This document shows positions 1 to 12,200 of a DNA stretch of 64,000 nucleotides, piece by piece; position 1 is the stretch's first letter, and each line of letters starts with the position of its first letter. Below the pieces are notes generated by a model. That model searched no databases. It saw only the letters and a list, made by a program, of their open reading frames with translations, and had not been told where the DNA came from. The stretch comes from an uncultured virus (IMG/VR IMGVR_UViG_3300029258_003973). Its lineage: Duplodnaviria > Heunggongvirae > Uroviricota > Caudoviricetes. Location of the stretch: the IMG/VR virus record IMGVR_UViG_3300029258_003973. One strand, written 5' to 3'. A program made the translations under genes and the position numbers.

Positions 1-55
1 ATTGGACAAAAGACCAAGGGGCATTCGACCAGTTCGACTCGGAGTGAGGTAAACT

Positions 56-1822
56 ATGATAGGTGGCCTCCTTAAAATAGCTGGTCAAATGGCAGCATGG
101 GGAGTATCCGTATCTGCCACAGCTGGTGTTGCAAAATGGATGGGTTCACGGTTATCTCAGGCAGCTACCAACTATGCTGTAAGGGGTGCCCAGAGTATAC
201 GGGTCAGAGATAGGATAACTAGAGGTCTTCTCACCCATCTTACCGGTAGAGCAAATCCAAAATCTCAAGTAGAGCGTGCAAGAACGCTCATGTCTGCATC
301 CAGAGCTAGAGCTCACAGCAGTTACAGCCAGGCTATTAGAAGATTCAACGAGAAAGGCCGGAGGAATGCCGGGTTCTTCATGAGAACTATGAGGGATGAA
401 GCTCTGGCTCTTCCTATGAACTACACAATGTATCGTCTTGAAAGACACAAGGCTGTAAGTCCAGAGGAACGAGAGCAGACCGAATCATTCCGAAAGTGGT
501 ATATGGGAACTCCAATGGCAATGAGTGTTGGCATTGGCTTTGCTATGGAAAGAATGCGCCATGGGAGAACAATGCGGGCAGCCACAGCTAAGCTTGCCAA
601 GAAGCTTGGTTCATCTAGGGTTAAATCTGCCCTGAGACCTTTTGCTACACATGGTGGATCAAGCTCAAAGGCCTTATATAGTGCTGGCAAAACCTACCAG
701 AACGTAACTTCAAGATTGGGAAGAATGGCTAGGGCCAAATTCGTGGCTACAGAAGGAAGGCCCATGCTTGGTATGCTAGGTACAATGGGGCCAGTAGCTC
801 TTACAAAGAAGATATGGGATGCATATAAGAGTGAGGTAGTTCACGTAGCTGGAGGAGATAGGTCTGTATTTCTTGATAGAGTTATGCGAGATCATGAAAG
901 TCTTCTAGAGACCACTAAGCAAATGTCCCTAAGAAGAGTAGCAGATGGTGAATTCTCAAACAAAGAAGCGTCAGCGTATGTTAAAACTATGACTTCCAAG
1001 ATATCTGATCTTACCCGTATGAGGGTAGACAAATTCAGAGATAAGATAGTTTCCAAGAACAGGTTTACACAGTTCTGGAATAACATGGTCAAGAGTCTTA
1101 AAGATCCGTCAGCTCAGTTAAACCCAGAGATGATGCAGGTAGATGGTAAGTGGTCAAAGGTACTCAACCGCAATGAGACCATACCAACCGGAAGATACAT
1201 ACTGGGCGGTAAGATGAACGAGAATGGTCTTATCACTGGTGGGACCACAATAGACTTTGGTGCACTCTCCATAGCTCGTGTCAAAGATATGGCACTCGGA
1301 ATGGCCACCAAAGGTACAATGGGTAAGTTTCTACATCTATTTGGTGCTCGAGATGTGTTGGCTGCTAAAGATAGTGAACACGCTATGGTAGGTGCCGTTA
1401 CAATGACCGGAAGTAACCCTCTATACTTTCCTATGGCATACTTTGATGAAAGCGGGGAATATTCTGCCAAAGATATTATGGCACAAATGATGGGATTCCA
1501 TGATTACGGCTCAGCTCAGAAAGCCGATAGAACAAAGATAGAGGACTTCCTTAATACCCGTCTTGACATATATCAAAGAGAATATGGTATAAAAGATGAC
1601 AGACAAATATTAGAGAAGGCATTTCTGGCATCAGCTAGGCATGGTGAGCTAAAGATGAAAGCAGACGATATGCTGATTCATCAGCCTGGAGGAAGACTTC
1701 AGATACTCACTATGCAAAAGAAGGATCAAATGTGGCAACCTCTTTCCGTGGATGTCGGAGGATTCAATGGTCAGTTGCTAGAGTTCATGAAGTTGCATCT
1801 ATGGAAGAACAACAGGGGTTGA
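56..1822 (+). CDS. Basic, Met/Ala/Gly-rich putative internal virion or tape-measure-region protein (588 aa)
   Basis: GAGGT SD-like motif just before ATG56; helical/amphipathic composition; no Cys; first gene of the co-directional virion block. No family motif recognised. Confidence 0.6.
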   Translation: MIGGLLKIAGQMAAWGVSVSATAGVAKWMGSRLSQAATNYAVRGAQSIRVRDRITRGLLTHLTGRANPKSQVERARTLMSASRARAHSSYSQAIRRFNEKGRRNAGFFMRTMRDEALALPMNYTMYRLERHKAVSPEEREQTESFRKWYMGTPMAMSVGIGFAMERMRHGRTMRAATAKLAKKLGSSRVKSALRPFATHGGSSSKALYSAGKTYQNVTSRLGRMARAKFVATEGRPMLGMLGTMGPVALTKKIWDAYKSEVVHVAGGDRSVFLDRVMRDHESLLETTKQMSLRRVADGEFSNKEASAYVKTMTSKISDLTRMRVDKFRDKIVSKNRFTQFWNNMVKSLKDPSAQLNPEMMQVDGKWSKVLNRNETIPTGRYILGGKMNENGLITGGTTIDFGALSIARVKDMALGMATKGTMGKFLHLFGARDVLAAKDSEHAMVGAVTMTGSNPLYFPMAYFDESGEYSAKDIMAQMMGFHDYGSAQKADRTKIEDFLNTRLDIYQREYGIKDDRQILEKAFLASARHGELKMKADDMLIHQPGGRLQILTMQKKDQMWQPLSVDVGGFNGQLLEFMKLHLWKNNRG

Positions 1823-4800
1823 TGTACAAACTAAAGAACCTGTTAGACTTTGGATATGCTCAAGATAGGTCGATATTTACCAGGGTAAAATCCATATTTA
1901 CCAAACATACTGACCCGAGGTACCCAACTACATTCTTCTCCAAGGACTTTGTAGGATCTCCTGAATGGAAAGATAAGCTTATCAGAGGAGAGCGAAGTAG
2001 AGAGGACCTAGTAGAATTCTTCAGGACCCAGGCTGACAATGCTATGAATGAGTATTGGCAAGGTGCTGTAAGGAGATACGGGGGGTCAGATGAAGTTGTG
2101 CAAGTGTTCAAAGAGCTGAGCCAAAAACATGCAGACAAAGGCATGGGTGGATTTGCTGATTACATGATTACTAAGAATACAAGTGTAGGCGAAGCCAAAA
2201 GAACCGTAGATGATCTGTTAGAAGCCATCAAGGCATTTCCAGATATAGACTCTGACCCAGGAGAGCTCAGAAGGCACTTTATGTTCAGAGATATAGAAGA
2301 TCTCAAAGCGATAAGAAGAATGTTTACCGCCCCCACTGGTAAAACAGTTCTGGACGTAATGGGTCATATATCATCCAGAAGAAGAACAGTATTCGGGGGA
2401 AGATGGACAGCACCTAACAAGCTCGATGAATATAATGCTCTAGTTCTCAGATTGGAAACTGGGATATATCAAAGTGGAAGACTACCCGTAGTTCCGGAAA
2501 CCAGTAAGATGATAGGAGTCATGAGAGACTTTGGTGATTTGCCGGCACCATTGACAAATGCAGAAAGGTCAGCATGGTATGCCGGTTCTCATTTGGCCAG
2601 GGAGTATCACAACCTGGCTTCTATAGTAAATGAAGCAACTGAGGGAGCCCTATCTGATAATTCCAAGGGAAGAATAATGGGAATATTAGACAGCGTTGCC
2701 AATGTGAATGGAGCAACCTATAAGGACATCACAAGATACTATAGGAAACGGAAAAGGTTCGCACCGTGGGCCATGTGGGATTATGACCACAGAATGAAGT
2801 GGGAAGATTCGCACAATGTCAAGACGGGAATATACCTTGTACCTAAGAAAACTACACACGGGTTTGTCAGCAAGGAAACTGTTCCTCTTGGTAGCGGTGA
2901 GGAACTGAGTATAGCTCGAGGAGTAATGGATGCATCAAACATATCAGTAATGAGTATGTTTCATGCATTTAACCGGGCTGCTTCTGAAATGTTGGGAATA
3001 GGTTTCGATGAAACAAATCTGAGTACCCCATTCCAGTACTTTGAGAAGATGTTGTTTCAGAGAGTAGTTCCATTTACAGCCATGTATATGGGCTATAGCG
3101 TGCTAGACCGACTGGCAGATAGATACATGGACGGCACCCCTTTCGGTGAGGGGCTTACAACATTTGGAGCTAATGTTCTAGCTGGAGCAAGAGTAGGCGC
3201 GCAAGGGTTCCTAGATGTTACCGGGGCTACTGGTATAGCGTCATATATGGAAGATTTGATGCCAGGTATTGTCACTTCTCCTATGGGTGGTCTGACGAGA
3301 GGTATTGCTCCTCTGGGTGCTGGAATGTCTATAGGGATGAGAATGGCTGGACCTAGAGGTGCCCTGACTGGTGGCATCGTAGGATCTGCCGTTAGCATGC
3401 TAGTAGGTGGCGGGCCATTAGGTGCCTTTGGAATGTGGGACATAAGTAAGACTAGATCAGAACTGGTTCAAGAGCTCCTGGGAGAGAAACAGGTTCCTGT
3501 AAGAAAGGGAAGATGGTGGGAGTTATCATCGAGCCCCTTCGAGGGAACAAGAATACAATATTACAGGCCACATATATATTCTCTCATGAGATCTGATTAC
3601 AAGGAAACTCCCGGGTTTAAGGACTCGCTGTTTACTGAAATGGTAGGTAATATAGCACCAGACTGGTACGCTATGAAGAACTACTATTCTAGGCCATACC
3701 CAGTAACGGCAGGGCTTTTCTCAAACCTTCCTGTATTTGGTAACATGTTTGATCTCATGGCATCTACTACCAGTCTAGGCCGCCTAGCCTCTTTAAGAGG
3801 CATACCTATGCATCGCGGAGAAGAATCTCCTCTATACATGCAGAGGATGGGGGAGGAAACAGGGTTTAGTTCAGAAACAGTGGCAAGAGACTTCGTATCC
3901 AGGGAGGGATATTTCTCTCAAACAGATGGTTCAGCCGGCACATCTGTAGGAGCTATGATGAGTTCTTATACTGGACAAAGTCCAGTTCAGGCAGGAACTA
4001 CTGCTAATTATACTGCAGCACCAATGATGAGGTCCTCCTTTGAATGGGGACTTGGTGAATCTGTCGAGAATGTAAAGGATATAGTAGGTATCAGAGGTTT
4101 TATGCTAGGCTCTATGTTCGAAAACATGACAGGGCGCAAGAGTTTATTCGATTATGCTCCGCAGCTTGCATCTCCAGTTGAGATACCCGGCATACAGCGT
4201 GAATATTGGGACTACGAGCTTGGAGGCATCCTTGGGATGTCTGAGATCATACGTAGGTATATAAACCCAAAGCGCGGGAATATGGAAATATACAACCCTA
4301 TAAGAAATACTATGCCGCCATGGCTCCCGGGGCATGATTATTATATAGATTTCCAGCACGGGGATCCATATACTATGGTTCCCATGGGAGAGGCTCGTCT
4401 TCCTGGCGCCTCATACGAAACTCTACATGATGTTGATCTTACTATGCCTATAACCTCAGAAATCATGGGAGAGAGTGCTGAAACTCAGGCATCATATTAT
4501 CTGGGCATACCAAACTATATGGCAGAAAGAAACCGCGCTATGGAGGTTGCTAAGGAGATTGCTATAAGCTATAGGGCAGATGCACAGAAATACGGTGAAC
4601 TCTTATCAGAAGAGAGAACTGTATACAATGTAAACTTTGATGCATCAGCTACTGTAGACGCAATAGTGTCCCAAAAGAGGTCAGGAAGTTATATACCGGT
4701 AAAAGTAGTACCAAAGGGATTTGCCGGCCAATCTAATCTGAACGCCTTTCTCGTTATGGCCGATGTTGATAAGGGTATCCTAGTGGAGGTAGACCCTAGA

Positions 4801-6234
4801 AGTGGAGGTATATCTGAAAGAATAGTCAAGAAAGACGTAAAGAGGTTCACACGGGATATAAAGGCGGCTACCGCCGCCAGGACCCTAGCCTATAACCAAG
4901 TAACCTCTTTAGAGGACGAAAACAAAGCATTCAACCTAGCTAACGCATACTCATGGTTTGACAGATATAGAATTCTGGCCGACGTGGCTCATTATTCAAG
5001 AGAATACAGAGAAGCCAAAAGTATTGTGCGCAAACAGATAAATGCAGGCAGGTTACCAGTTGATAAGATCTCTGAATTCGAGATGATAGAAGAACAGGTA
5101 GAGAATAAGAAGAAGGCATTCGAGTTCTCTGAATATAGATTTAAAGATCTAGGGGAGGGGCTGACTCCGTACACTAAGGCCCGGGACAGGTTCGTTGAAG
5201 ACGAATATAATACTCTAGAACAGAATGTAGGTGCTCTATGGGAAAGAGCTTCACACATAAGAAATCCACTGCAGAGTAAGTTCTATCATAACCTGGATGC
5301 ATTAGAGGAATATGAAAGGAATGCAATATATGGTAAAACACTAAAGATGTGGCAAAACCCTATAGAAGACTGGGTAAAGTCATACTATCTTAGTGCAGTT
5401 GGTGAGGATAACCCGGTGCAGGCCTCTGTTAACTGGGCCACTGCTGGATATCTTTTGGGAGGGGGCCCTCTAGCAGCACTAGGAGCAAGTGCCGGTGGCG
5501 CCTTCACAAGCATAATGAATCTTGGAGATGAGGCTTACATACCCGAGAGGACAATGAAAGTCCGGGATATTGTATCCCAAGCTGATGCAGTAAAGTACTC
5601 AAAGTACATGAAACTGTATCAGGAGACTGGGGATGAGCAGTACTTATCGAAAGCCAATCGTACTCTAACAGGAAAGTCATTGGAGGGAGAAGCTCTTACA
5701 GCCAGGAAGATAGGCAGATCATTAGGCCGCCCAGAGAAAGACTATGTTGAAGATATCATAAACAATGTTACCAGATCAAACATATCCCGGGTAACACAGT
5801 TACTACCTACTCCAGCAGTTGCATCAGTTTACCATACAATGGGAGAAGTAGGTTATGCTGAAGATATGATGAGACAATTCAGCCGTGCCCAGAAGGAAAG
5901 ATATGTTCCGAGTATGGATTCTCCCATATATTCAGCTGATGTTCCTATAGAGGCGCCAATAATCTCTTCGTTCGAGCAGGAGGGTCTTAATGCTCATGAT
6001 GCAGGATATGGCTGGTATAGCCAGATGGCTCAGATAGAGAGACTAAAATCTATGGGTGTATATGGTGGGGAAGGTATATATAATGAATTCGGTAGTCGTG
6101 TTTCAGTTAAAAGCTTTGAGAGATCTCTCAGTACGACTGAGTCTATTAGGAAATTACTGTCTAGATTCAGTACAAATGTACAAATAACTCAGGACGGTTC
6201 CGATAGAGTAGAAGTTGAGATAATAACGAGGTAG
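1822..6234 (+). CDS. Large tape-measure-like/ejection protein (about 1470 aa) with Gly-rich hydrophobic segments and a degenerate PD-(D/E)xK-like domain
   Basis: ORF track gives 1732; ATG at 1822 overlaps the upstream stop (TGATG), the coupling used throughout this operon (ATG 1801 is an alternative). Glycine-zipper segments at ~3130-3440 and ~5430-5520; motifs PVRKGRWW, NPIRNTMPPWLPG, GDPY, GEARLPG. Confidence 0.65.
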   Translation: MYKLKNLLDFGYAQDRSIFTRVKSIFTKHTDPRYPTTFFSKDFVGSPEWKDKLIRGERSREDLVEFFRTQADNAMNEYWQGAVRRYGGSDEVVQVFKELSQKHADKGMGGFADYMITKNTSVGEAKRTVDDLLEAIKAFPDIDSDPGELRRHFMFRDIEDLKAIRRMFTAPTGKTVLDVMGHISSRRRTVFGGRWTAPNKLDEYNALVLRLETGIYQSGRLPVVPETSKMIGVMRDFGDLPAPLTNAERSAWYAGSHLAREYHNLASIVNEATEGALSDNSKGRIMGILDSVANVNGATYKDITRYYRKRKRFAPWAMWDYDHRMKWEDSHNVKTGIYLVPKKTTHGFVSKETVPLGSGEELSIARGVMDASNISVMSMFHAFNRAASEMLGIGFDETNLSTPFQYFEKMLFQRVVPFTAMYMGYSVLDRLADRYMDGTPFGEGLTTFGANVLAGARVGAQGFLDVTGATGIASYMEDLMPGIVTSPMGGLTRGIAPLGAGMSIGMRMAGPRGALTGGIVGSAVSMLVGGGPLGAFGMWDISKTRSELVQELLGEKQVPVRKGRWWELSSSPFEGTRIQYYRPHIYSLMRSDYKETPGFKDSLFTEMVGNIAPDWYAMKNYYSRPYPVTAGLFSNLPVFGNMFDLMASTTSLGRLASLRGIPMHRGEESPLYMQRMGEETGFSSETVARDFVSREGYFSQTDGSAGTSVGAMMSSYTGQSPVQAGTTANYTAAPMMRSSFEWGLGESVENVKDIVGIRGFMLGSMFENMTGRKSLFDYAPQLASPVEIPGIQREYWDYELGGILGMSEIIRRYINPKRGNMEIYNPIRNTMPPWLPGHDYYIDFQHGDPYTMVPMGEARLPGASYETLHDVDLTMPITSEIMGESAETQASYYLGIPNYMAERNRAMEVAKEIAISYRADAQKYGELLSEERTVYNVNFDASATVDAIVSQKRSGSYIPVKVVPKGFAGQSNLNAFLVMADVDKGILVEVDPRSGGISERIVKKDVKRFTRDIKAATAARTLAYNQVTSLEDENKAFNLANAYSWFDRYRILADVAHYSREYREAKSIVRKQINAGRLPVDKISEFEMIEEQVENKKKAFEFSEYRFKDLGEGLTPYTKARDRFVEDEYNTLEQNVGALWERASHIRNPLQSKFYHNLDALEEYERNAIYGKTLKMWQNPIEDWVKSYYLSAVGEDNPVQASVNWATAGYLLGGGPLAALGASAGGAFTSIMNLGDEAYIPERTMKVRDIVSQADAVKYSKYMKLYQETGDEQYLSKANRTLTGKSLEGEALTARKIGRSLGRPEKDYVEDIINNVTRSNISRVTQLLPTPAVASVYHTMGEVGYAEDMMRQFSRAQKERYVPSMDSPIYSADVPIEAPIISSFEQEGLNAHDAGYGWYSQMAQIERLKSMGVYGGEGIYNEFGSRVSVKSFERSLSTTESIRKLLSRFSTNVQITQDGSDRVEVEIITR

Positions 6235-6236
6235 TA

Positions 6237-9200
6237 ATGGCATTTACAGACCCCAGAAGGGCAATAGCGAAGGCTGAACAGGGAGAAATGTCTGAATTCA
6301 GTACCATAAAGAACCTTGGTCTGATAGGAATGATATCTGTTACTGGTATACGGCTTAGTAATTACATGGAACGTCAAAGAGCGGCCATAGAGGAAAACGT
6401 CCTAAGAGCAAAAACAGAGATAGAAAGAGCTGCTCTTATCTTTACTGACGATACTAATATGAAACTGAATACCAAGGAAGGTACAGTAAGTCGAGTAGAG
6501 TACATAGATACCGGTGAAGGTTATGACCCTATGGCTGAGTGGCAAGCGTTAAAGGAGAAAGGACTAAGTGAACCAGCTCCATTCACCGACACGATGATGC
6601 CAGCTGAGATGTCAGATGAATTATATGAACAGGCAAAGTTGGTAGATGATCTCAATATGAGACTTGCCGGCAGGGAACCAATGACTGCCAGTGAAGCAAG
6701 TCAATCTATGGCAAGATATAGGAGACTGAGTGATAGACTCCAAAAGGAGTACCCTGGATTACAAGCTTCCGTAGAAAGTGTAGAAGGTTTACGAATAACA
6801 AAGGTTACAGAAACTGGTACAGACTTTCTGATGCATGTACATGATGGTGTACGTCACGAGGTCATAAACCTACCTAAGTGGTCATCTGGTATATTGTCAT
6901 GGGGTGGTAATATGTATGCTACCAAACAACCAGCCCAGATAACGGGAAATATGATACAGGTGGGCGGCACAATAGAGAATGTTATCAAGAGAGTAGCGGA
7001 AAGATTAAGAAAAGGAACATTTGGAAGAGTAGGAAAAGCCAGAGAACTAAGGGATATAATAAGAAACCAACTGCACGTAAACATAGGCAAACTAGTAGAT
7101 GGCCATAGTATAAAGCATTTACTGACCAAGGAGGTCAGCTTTGAATCTCTGGCAGCAAAGTTTGGTGGAAAACCATCAGAAGCAGGTTCCCAAGCTAGGG
7201 AATGGGTAGCTTCTCTAACAGATAGGCTCAGTGTATATGCTAAAACAGGGCCGGGCCTCAGAAGACTGGACAAGATATTTCCAGGTAATATACCTACAAT
7301 AAGTCTTACATCATCATCAGAGGCTTCTTTCGTAAAAGGCTTTAACATGAGAACCAGGCTGCCATACGGCGTTGGACCATTGGATACACGAGCCAAAGCA
7401 TCAACCACAAGGGCTAACTACATAAAGGGAAAATATATGTTTGACGCTCGTATGAGTCCAACAAAGGTTGCCTCCAAACTTGGGCCTCTTCCCATGGATG
7501 CTGCAGATCTACTATCTAAGGAAATGGTGGAAGGGCTCCCTGGTGGATTTATGAACATGGGAGTATATCTTGGAAAGGGGGAGATAGAAAAGTTAGGACC
7601 TGGTGGTGGTGTATATTTGCTAAGGAACCTGATGGATCCTACTGGACAAATGTCAGAAGACTTGCTGAATGCCAGAGAGTTCGATGGTGTAAGAGAACGT
7701 GTGCATAGAATTCCTATAACTAGCAGACAGGAAGGGATGCAAATCCTGAGGGATATGAAAGCTATGATAGGAGATAAGAAAGAGCTCATTCTCAGAAAAG
7801 GTTCTCAGATAGGCCCGATAGGCTCACCGAGAGCCGTAGTAATGGATGAAAGACAGAAAGTTACCTATACTAATATCATAGAAGATGAATTGATAATAAG
7901 GACAGAAGCAGACAGACCTCTTGGACTCATGACAAAAGCCACCCAGAGTAAAGTTATGATTCAGAGAGTAGAAATGGCCGGAACATCTTCTGAACTATTT
8001 TCCTCGCTACATCCGGAATCTACGCTAATAGGAAAGATGGTGCAACAGACAAAAGCAGCACAGCTTGGTGCAGAAATGCTCGTGAACATGGATGCCCTAA
8101 TGAAATATCAAGGGGGTGGCCTAGGATGGGGAATTATCCAAAAGACCATGTCCGACCTCATAAACCTAAAGAAAGCTGAGATAGCTCGAATACATAAGGA
8201 GAATGCCTCTAAGATATTACCAACAGAGATGAAGAAATTAGAGGGGGAGCTTAAGGACCTCCTGAGAACATTCTTAGGGGCTGATATAGATAACGTTGTA
8301 CATAGTGTAGGTATAGTCCAGGATGCCAATAGACCATATATCATTCTAAAGGGTGCCGATCAGATGCCATCAGGGGTAGCAGCAACTATGGCAGACCCCG
8401 CATTCTACAAACTCATCGATATAGAAGACGCATTCTTTAAAGCATCAGCAGGGGATTGGAGCAAACTAGAAGAGTATGAAAGAAGAGTTTCCACACATGC
8501 AAAGAATGTAGGATTACCACAGTATCGCATGATCACTACTGTGAGTAATGTAGAACGAGAAATGGCAAGCATGGTGGAAAAGTCAGAACAGTTCATGCCC
8601 ACTATAGTCAGAACCAGATTATCTAAGGGAGGAAAAGTAGGTCATAAAATGATATGGGCAATGGCCCAAGTCCCATGGATGACCCACCAGCAGAATGCCT
8701 ATGAGTATGCTAGATTTGGTGGGCTAGTACGTTCCAAGGGTGGATACAGTGGGGGGTTTAGATCAACACTTGATCACTACGAAATAGCCAAAACGGCTGG
8801 TTGGCATCAATATGCCAGGTATCTGGATATGCTTATGGATCATGATATGGACTATATCAGAGATAAAATGTATACAGCTGAAGCCATGCTACTAGGTCCC
8901 AAAGCGTCATTACAGAAGCCACCCATAGGGACTATAAACGTTAGTGGGATGACAGTCATAAAGCAAGCCCAGCTGAACCAAACCGGTATAAACAAGCGTC
9001 TTGCCGAGTACAATTTCCATGAAGGAGCAATGAAATATGCCGGAATATGGAGAGTACACCATAGCAATTTATCTGGACTGCAGGGAGCTATAGATGATCC
9101 AGAAGTGAAACATCTAATAGATGATGGAATTATCCAGTTTGATGACCTGAGGACTACCGCGCACGCTGCGTCAGGGCGCCACTCAGTAGATGTTACTGAC

Positions 9201-12200
9201 TCAGCACTTGTACATGATATAGTAGACCTGATGAAAGGAGCAAAACCAGATGAAGCTGTGTTCTTAGAGTTACCGGAAACAATAGTTATGAACGGAAAGG
9301 AGGTAAGATACATACCTATAGATAAGTTCGATGTAGCTGATACCTTCGAACTAGAAGCACGAAGAGGACCAGATGGTACCACCCTGGATGATTATCTGCA
9401 TAAGAAGTTTACAACCGGTTCTGGGTTTCACAGTAACCGAATGTACATAATGAAAGAGACAGCACGGATATCCGAAGAGATGAGAATGTTGAAGAGAAAT
9501 AGGAAGGGTACCTCTCATTTGAAAGAAGAAATGAAAATAGCTGTATCCAGGTATTATGCTGAGTTGGATAGACTTCTCAATATGAAGAACAGCCCGGCTC
9601 TAAAAGCAATGTTCTCATATAATATGCCTTTCAGTATGAGAGGGGTAATAAACAGTTTATCAAAACATGACGCTGGCAAACTCGTAAAGGGAGTAGATGG
9701 TATACCGGTAGATCAAATGTATATACATGCTGACTATGCTACGCAACTTATATCAGGTGGAAAGATAAAGAGCATGTCACATGCCAGGAACTTGGCTAGA
9801 AGCACCGAGGCTATATTAAAAGTCCAGGAACTTCTAAAAGGAGTTGATACTTCGTTCTTCGAAACATCATCAGTAGATGATATGGCAGAACTAACAGTCA
9901 AACTGGGTAAGAGCTTGGGGAGAATGACAAGAGAAACCAAGGCAACTATGGATCTTCAAACTGTCAAGGAACTAATAGGCCTGGGCTATGCTGCCAGAAA
10001 GCGGGGATCTACTATGCTAAGGTCAATGTTGGAGTCTAAGGATGGACGCTCAAGAATGGGAAGGCTGGCAAATGAACTCAAGAACTCTTCATTGATGAAA
10101 GGTGAACTAGACGGCATGGCTGCAGACGATCTTAAAAGAGTAAGGGCCATGAGTAAATACACTCTAGAAACAGTTCAGGCTATTCAAGAGGGTACCTTGG
10201 AAGTTGGGGGAGTCATGGTACGGGCGCCTGAGCTTTCCCAGATGTCCATGAACTATTTCAAAATGAAGGTCCTTGGAGCTACAGAGTTTTCCCAAAAGAC
10301 TGTAAACGATAAGTTGGTCAAGGAAATACTAAGCCGCATGAAGGATGATAAGGGAAAGGGAGGCATGTATATAGCCAAAGAGGCGGCAAAGCAGATAAGC
10401 GGTGACCAGGATATGGACCCTAGCGGGTTTGTTGTTACTACCCTAGATGTGCTTGAAAACCAATCAAAGAAGGTTGCTCAGCTATCTATATTAAAGGAGG
10501 CAAAGCTTCTAGGAGTAAAGGGTAGTGATATACAGAAAGCACTGTATCATGACGTCACAGAAGAGACTCTAGTAAATCTTACCATGTCAAGATTATTCCA
10601 AACAGCTACAGACGACGAGGGAAAGATCATACTACAAAGACCAGCTAGTATATCCGCTATCACACAAATGGATGCCATGGGAGACCTTCTAAAGGAAGCC
10701 AGAGTAGATATAAAGGGAATAGAACAGTACGTAGGAGAATCGCTGTTGGGATTCTATCCGGATCCGGCTGACCTAAAGGCACTAGGTCTTACTCATGTGC
10801 AGGTAAGAGACAATGTTGTTGATAAGATAATGAAGGAGGCCAGAAAGTATCTGGGAAACAACGCAAGGCTGGAAAACCTTTCTGTTATAGTAGGAACCAG
10901 GGAGTTACCTAATAAGTCCATAAGAAAGACTGTAGAGCAGCCGAGTATAGCTGTAAAAGATCCCCAGAAACTTATATCTGAGACGCCCGAAGCAGCTCCA
11001 ATAGTTGCCAAGCAGGCCATTACTGCTGATGAACTTTATGTTCGTGATGCAATATCAAAAGTAGACGCGTCAGAGTTCAAGGCTTATCAGGAAAGAGTTA
11101 TAAGAGAAGAAGCCCCAAGGTTCCAAATAATAAAGGAGCAGGTACCGACTGGATACAACGCTGCAAAGGCCTTATACACTCTGAACTACAGTTACGTAAC
11201 AAATGAAGCAGACAAGGCATTCCTTACATGGATGGCAGATAAAGTACTAGCACAGAATGTAATTTCCTCCAAGCATGGTACTCCCCAGGTTCTCGTAGAC
11301 ATGACTAAGACTCTTAGGAAACTTGGCAGCATACATAACGAAGTGATGGAAGCTGATATAACAAAGCTTGTTACGCAGAATGCGTATCTTACTGTGAGCC
11401 AAGCTGAGAAAGAGGACATGGCAAGATTAGGGTTCAAAACGGAAGATGTGAATATGGATCTTTACCAGGACTATATTGACAAGAAGTTGGTCAATCTTAC
11501 TGAGTTGAATAACATACATGAGACAGTTACCAATGATATGATAACAAACGCCTCTACTCTCCGTAGCAGCGAGATGGATATAGAGAAAGTGTTCCGTTCA
11601 ACTGTAGATCTTAAAGTGAAGAACAGTTCTCTTCTCAAGAATTATCAAATGCTGGAGATGGATTTCACTCCTCTATTAGTATCTAATGAATTAAGAAGAG
11701 CTAAGGAAGCTAAAGAGAACGTAGCCAAGTTTAGAAAGAAGATGACAATGGCTAGTGTTCTGGGAGAACCTGAAGATGTGATAAGACAGAGATATATTAC
11801 TATGATAGGAGCTATGAGAGAATACTCTTTTAAGAACAGGGGAATAAGTGTATTTGATGACCCAGCAGTTAGCACGTTCAGACATATGGAGGGAGGGGAA
11901 AGATCTGCCCTGGAGCTCATAAAACGATTCGTAAGCAGAGAATCAACAAGAACAAATAGCGCTGACGGGATTGTCACAGTAAGAGCTCAAAATACCATAG
12001 AGGGAAGGCTCATTAAACTAGGAGCAGTTATCACAGGACGCAACGATATAAACCGTATGATAATAGGCGGAGATACGTTATCTGACCGCCAAATGAGATT
12101 AAATTACCTCCACAGCCGAGAATTACGGCAACTCAGAAGAAGCTATGCTGAAAGAATAGTAGAAGAGAGCAGTGTATTCCGTACTGGATCTATGTTTAAT

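Noticed and set aside
1..52. 3' end of an upstream gene (WTKDQGAFDQFDSE* in frame 3, or a frame-2 alternative)
   Set aside because: Too short to assign frame or function.
1732..1821. GTG start at 1732 for the second large gene
   Set aside because: The extension overlaps ORF1, adds the only Cys of the protein, and ATG 1822 gives the TGATG coupling typical of this operon.
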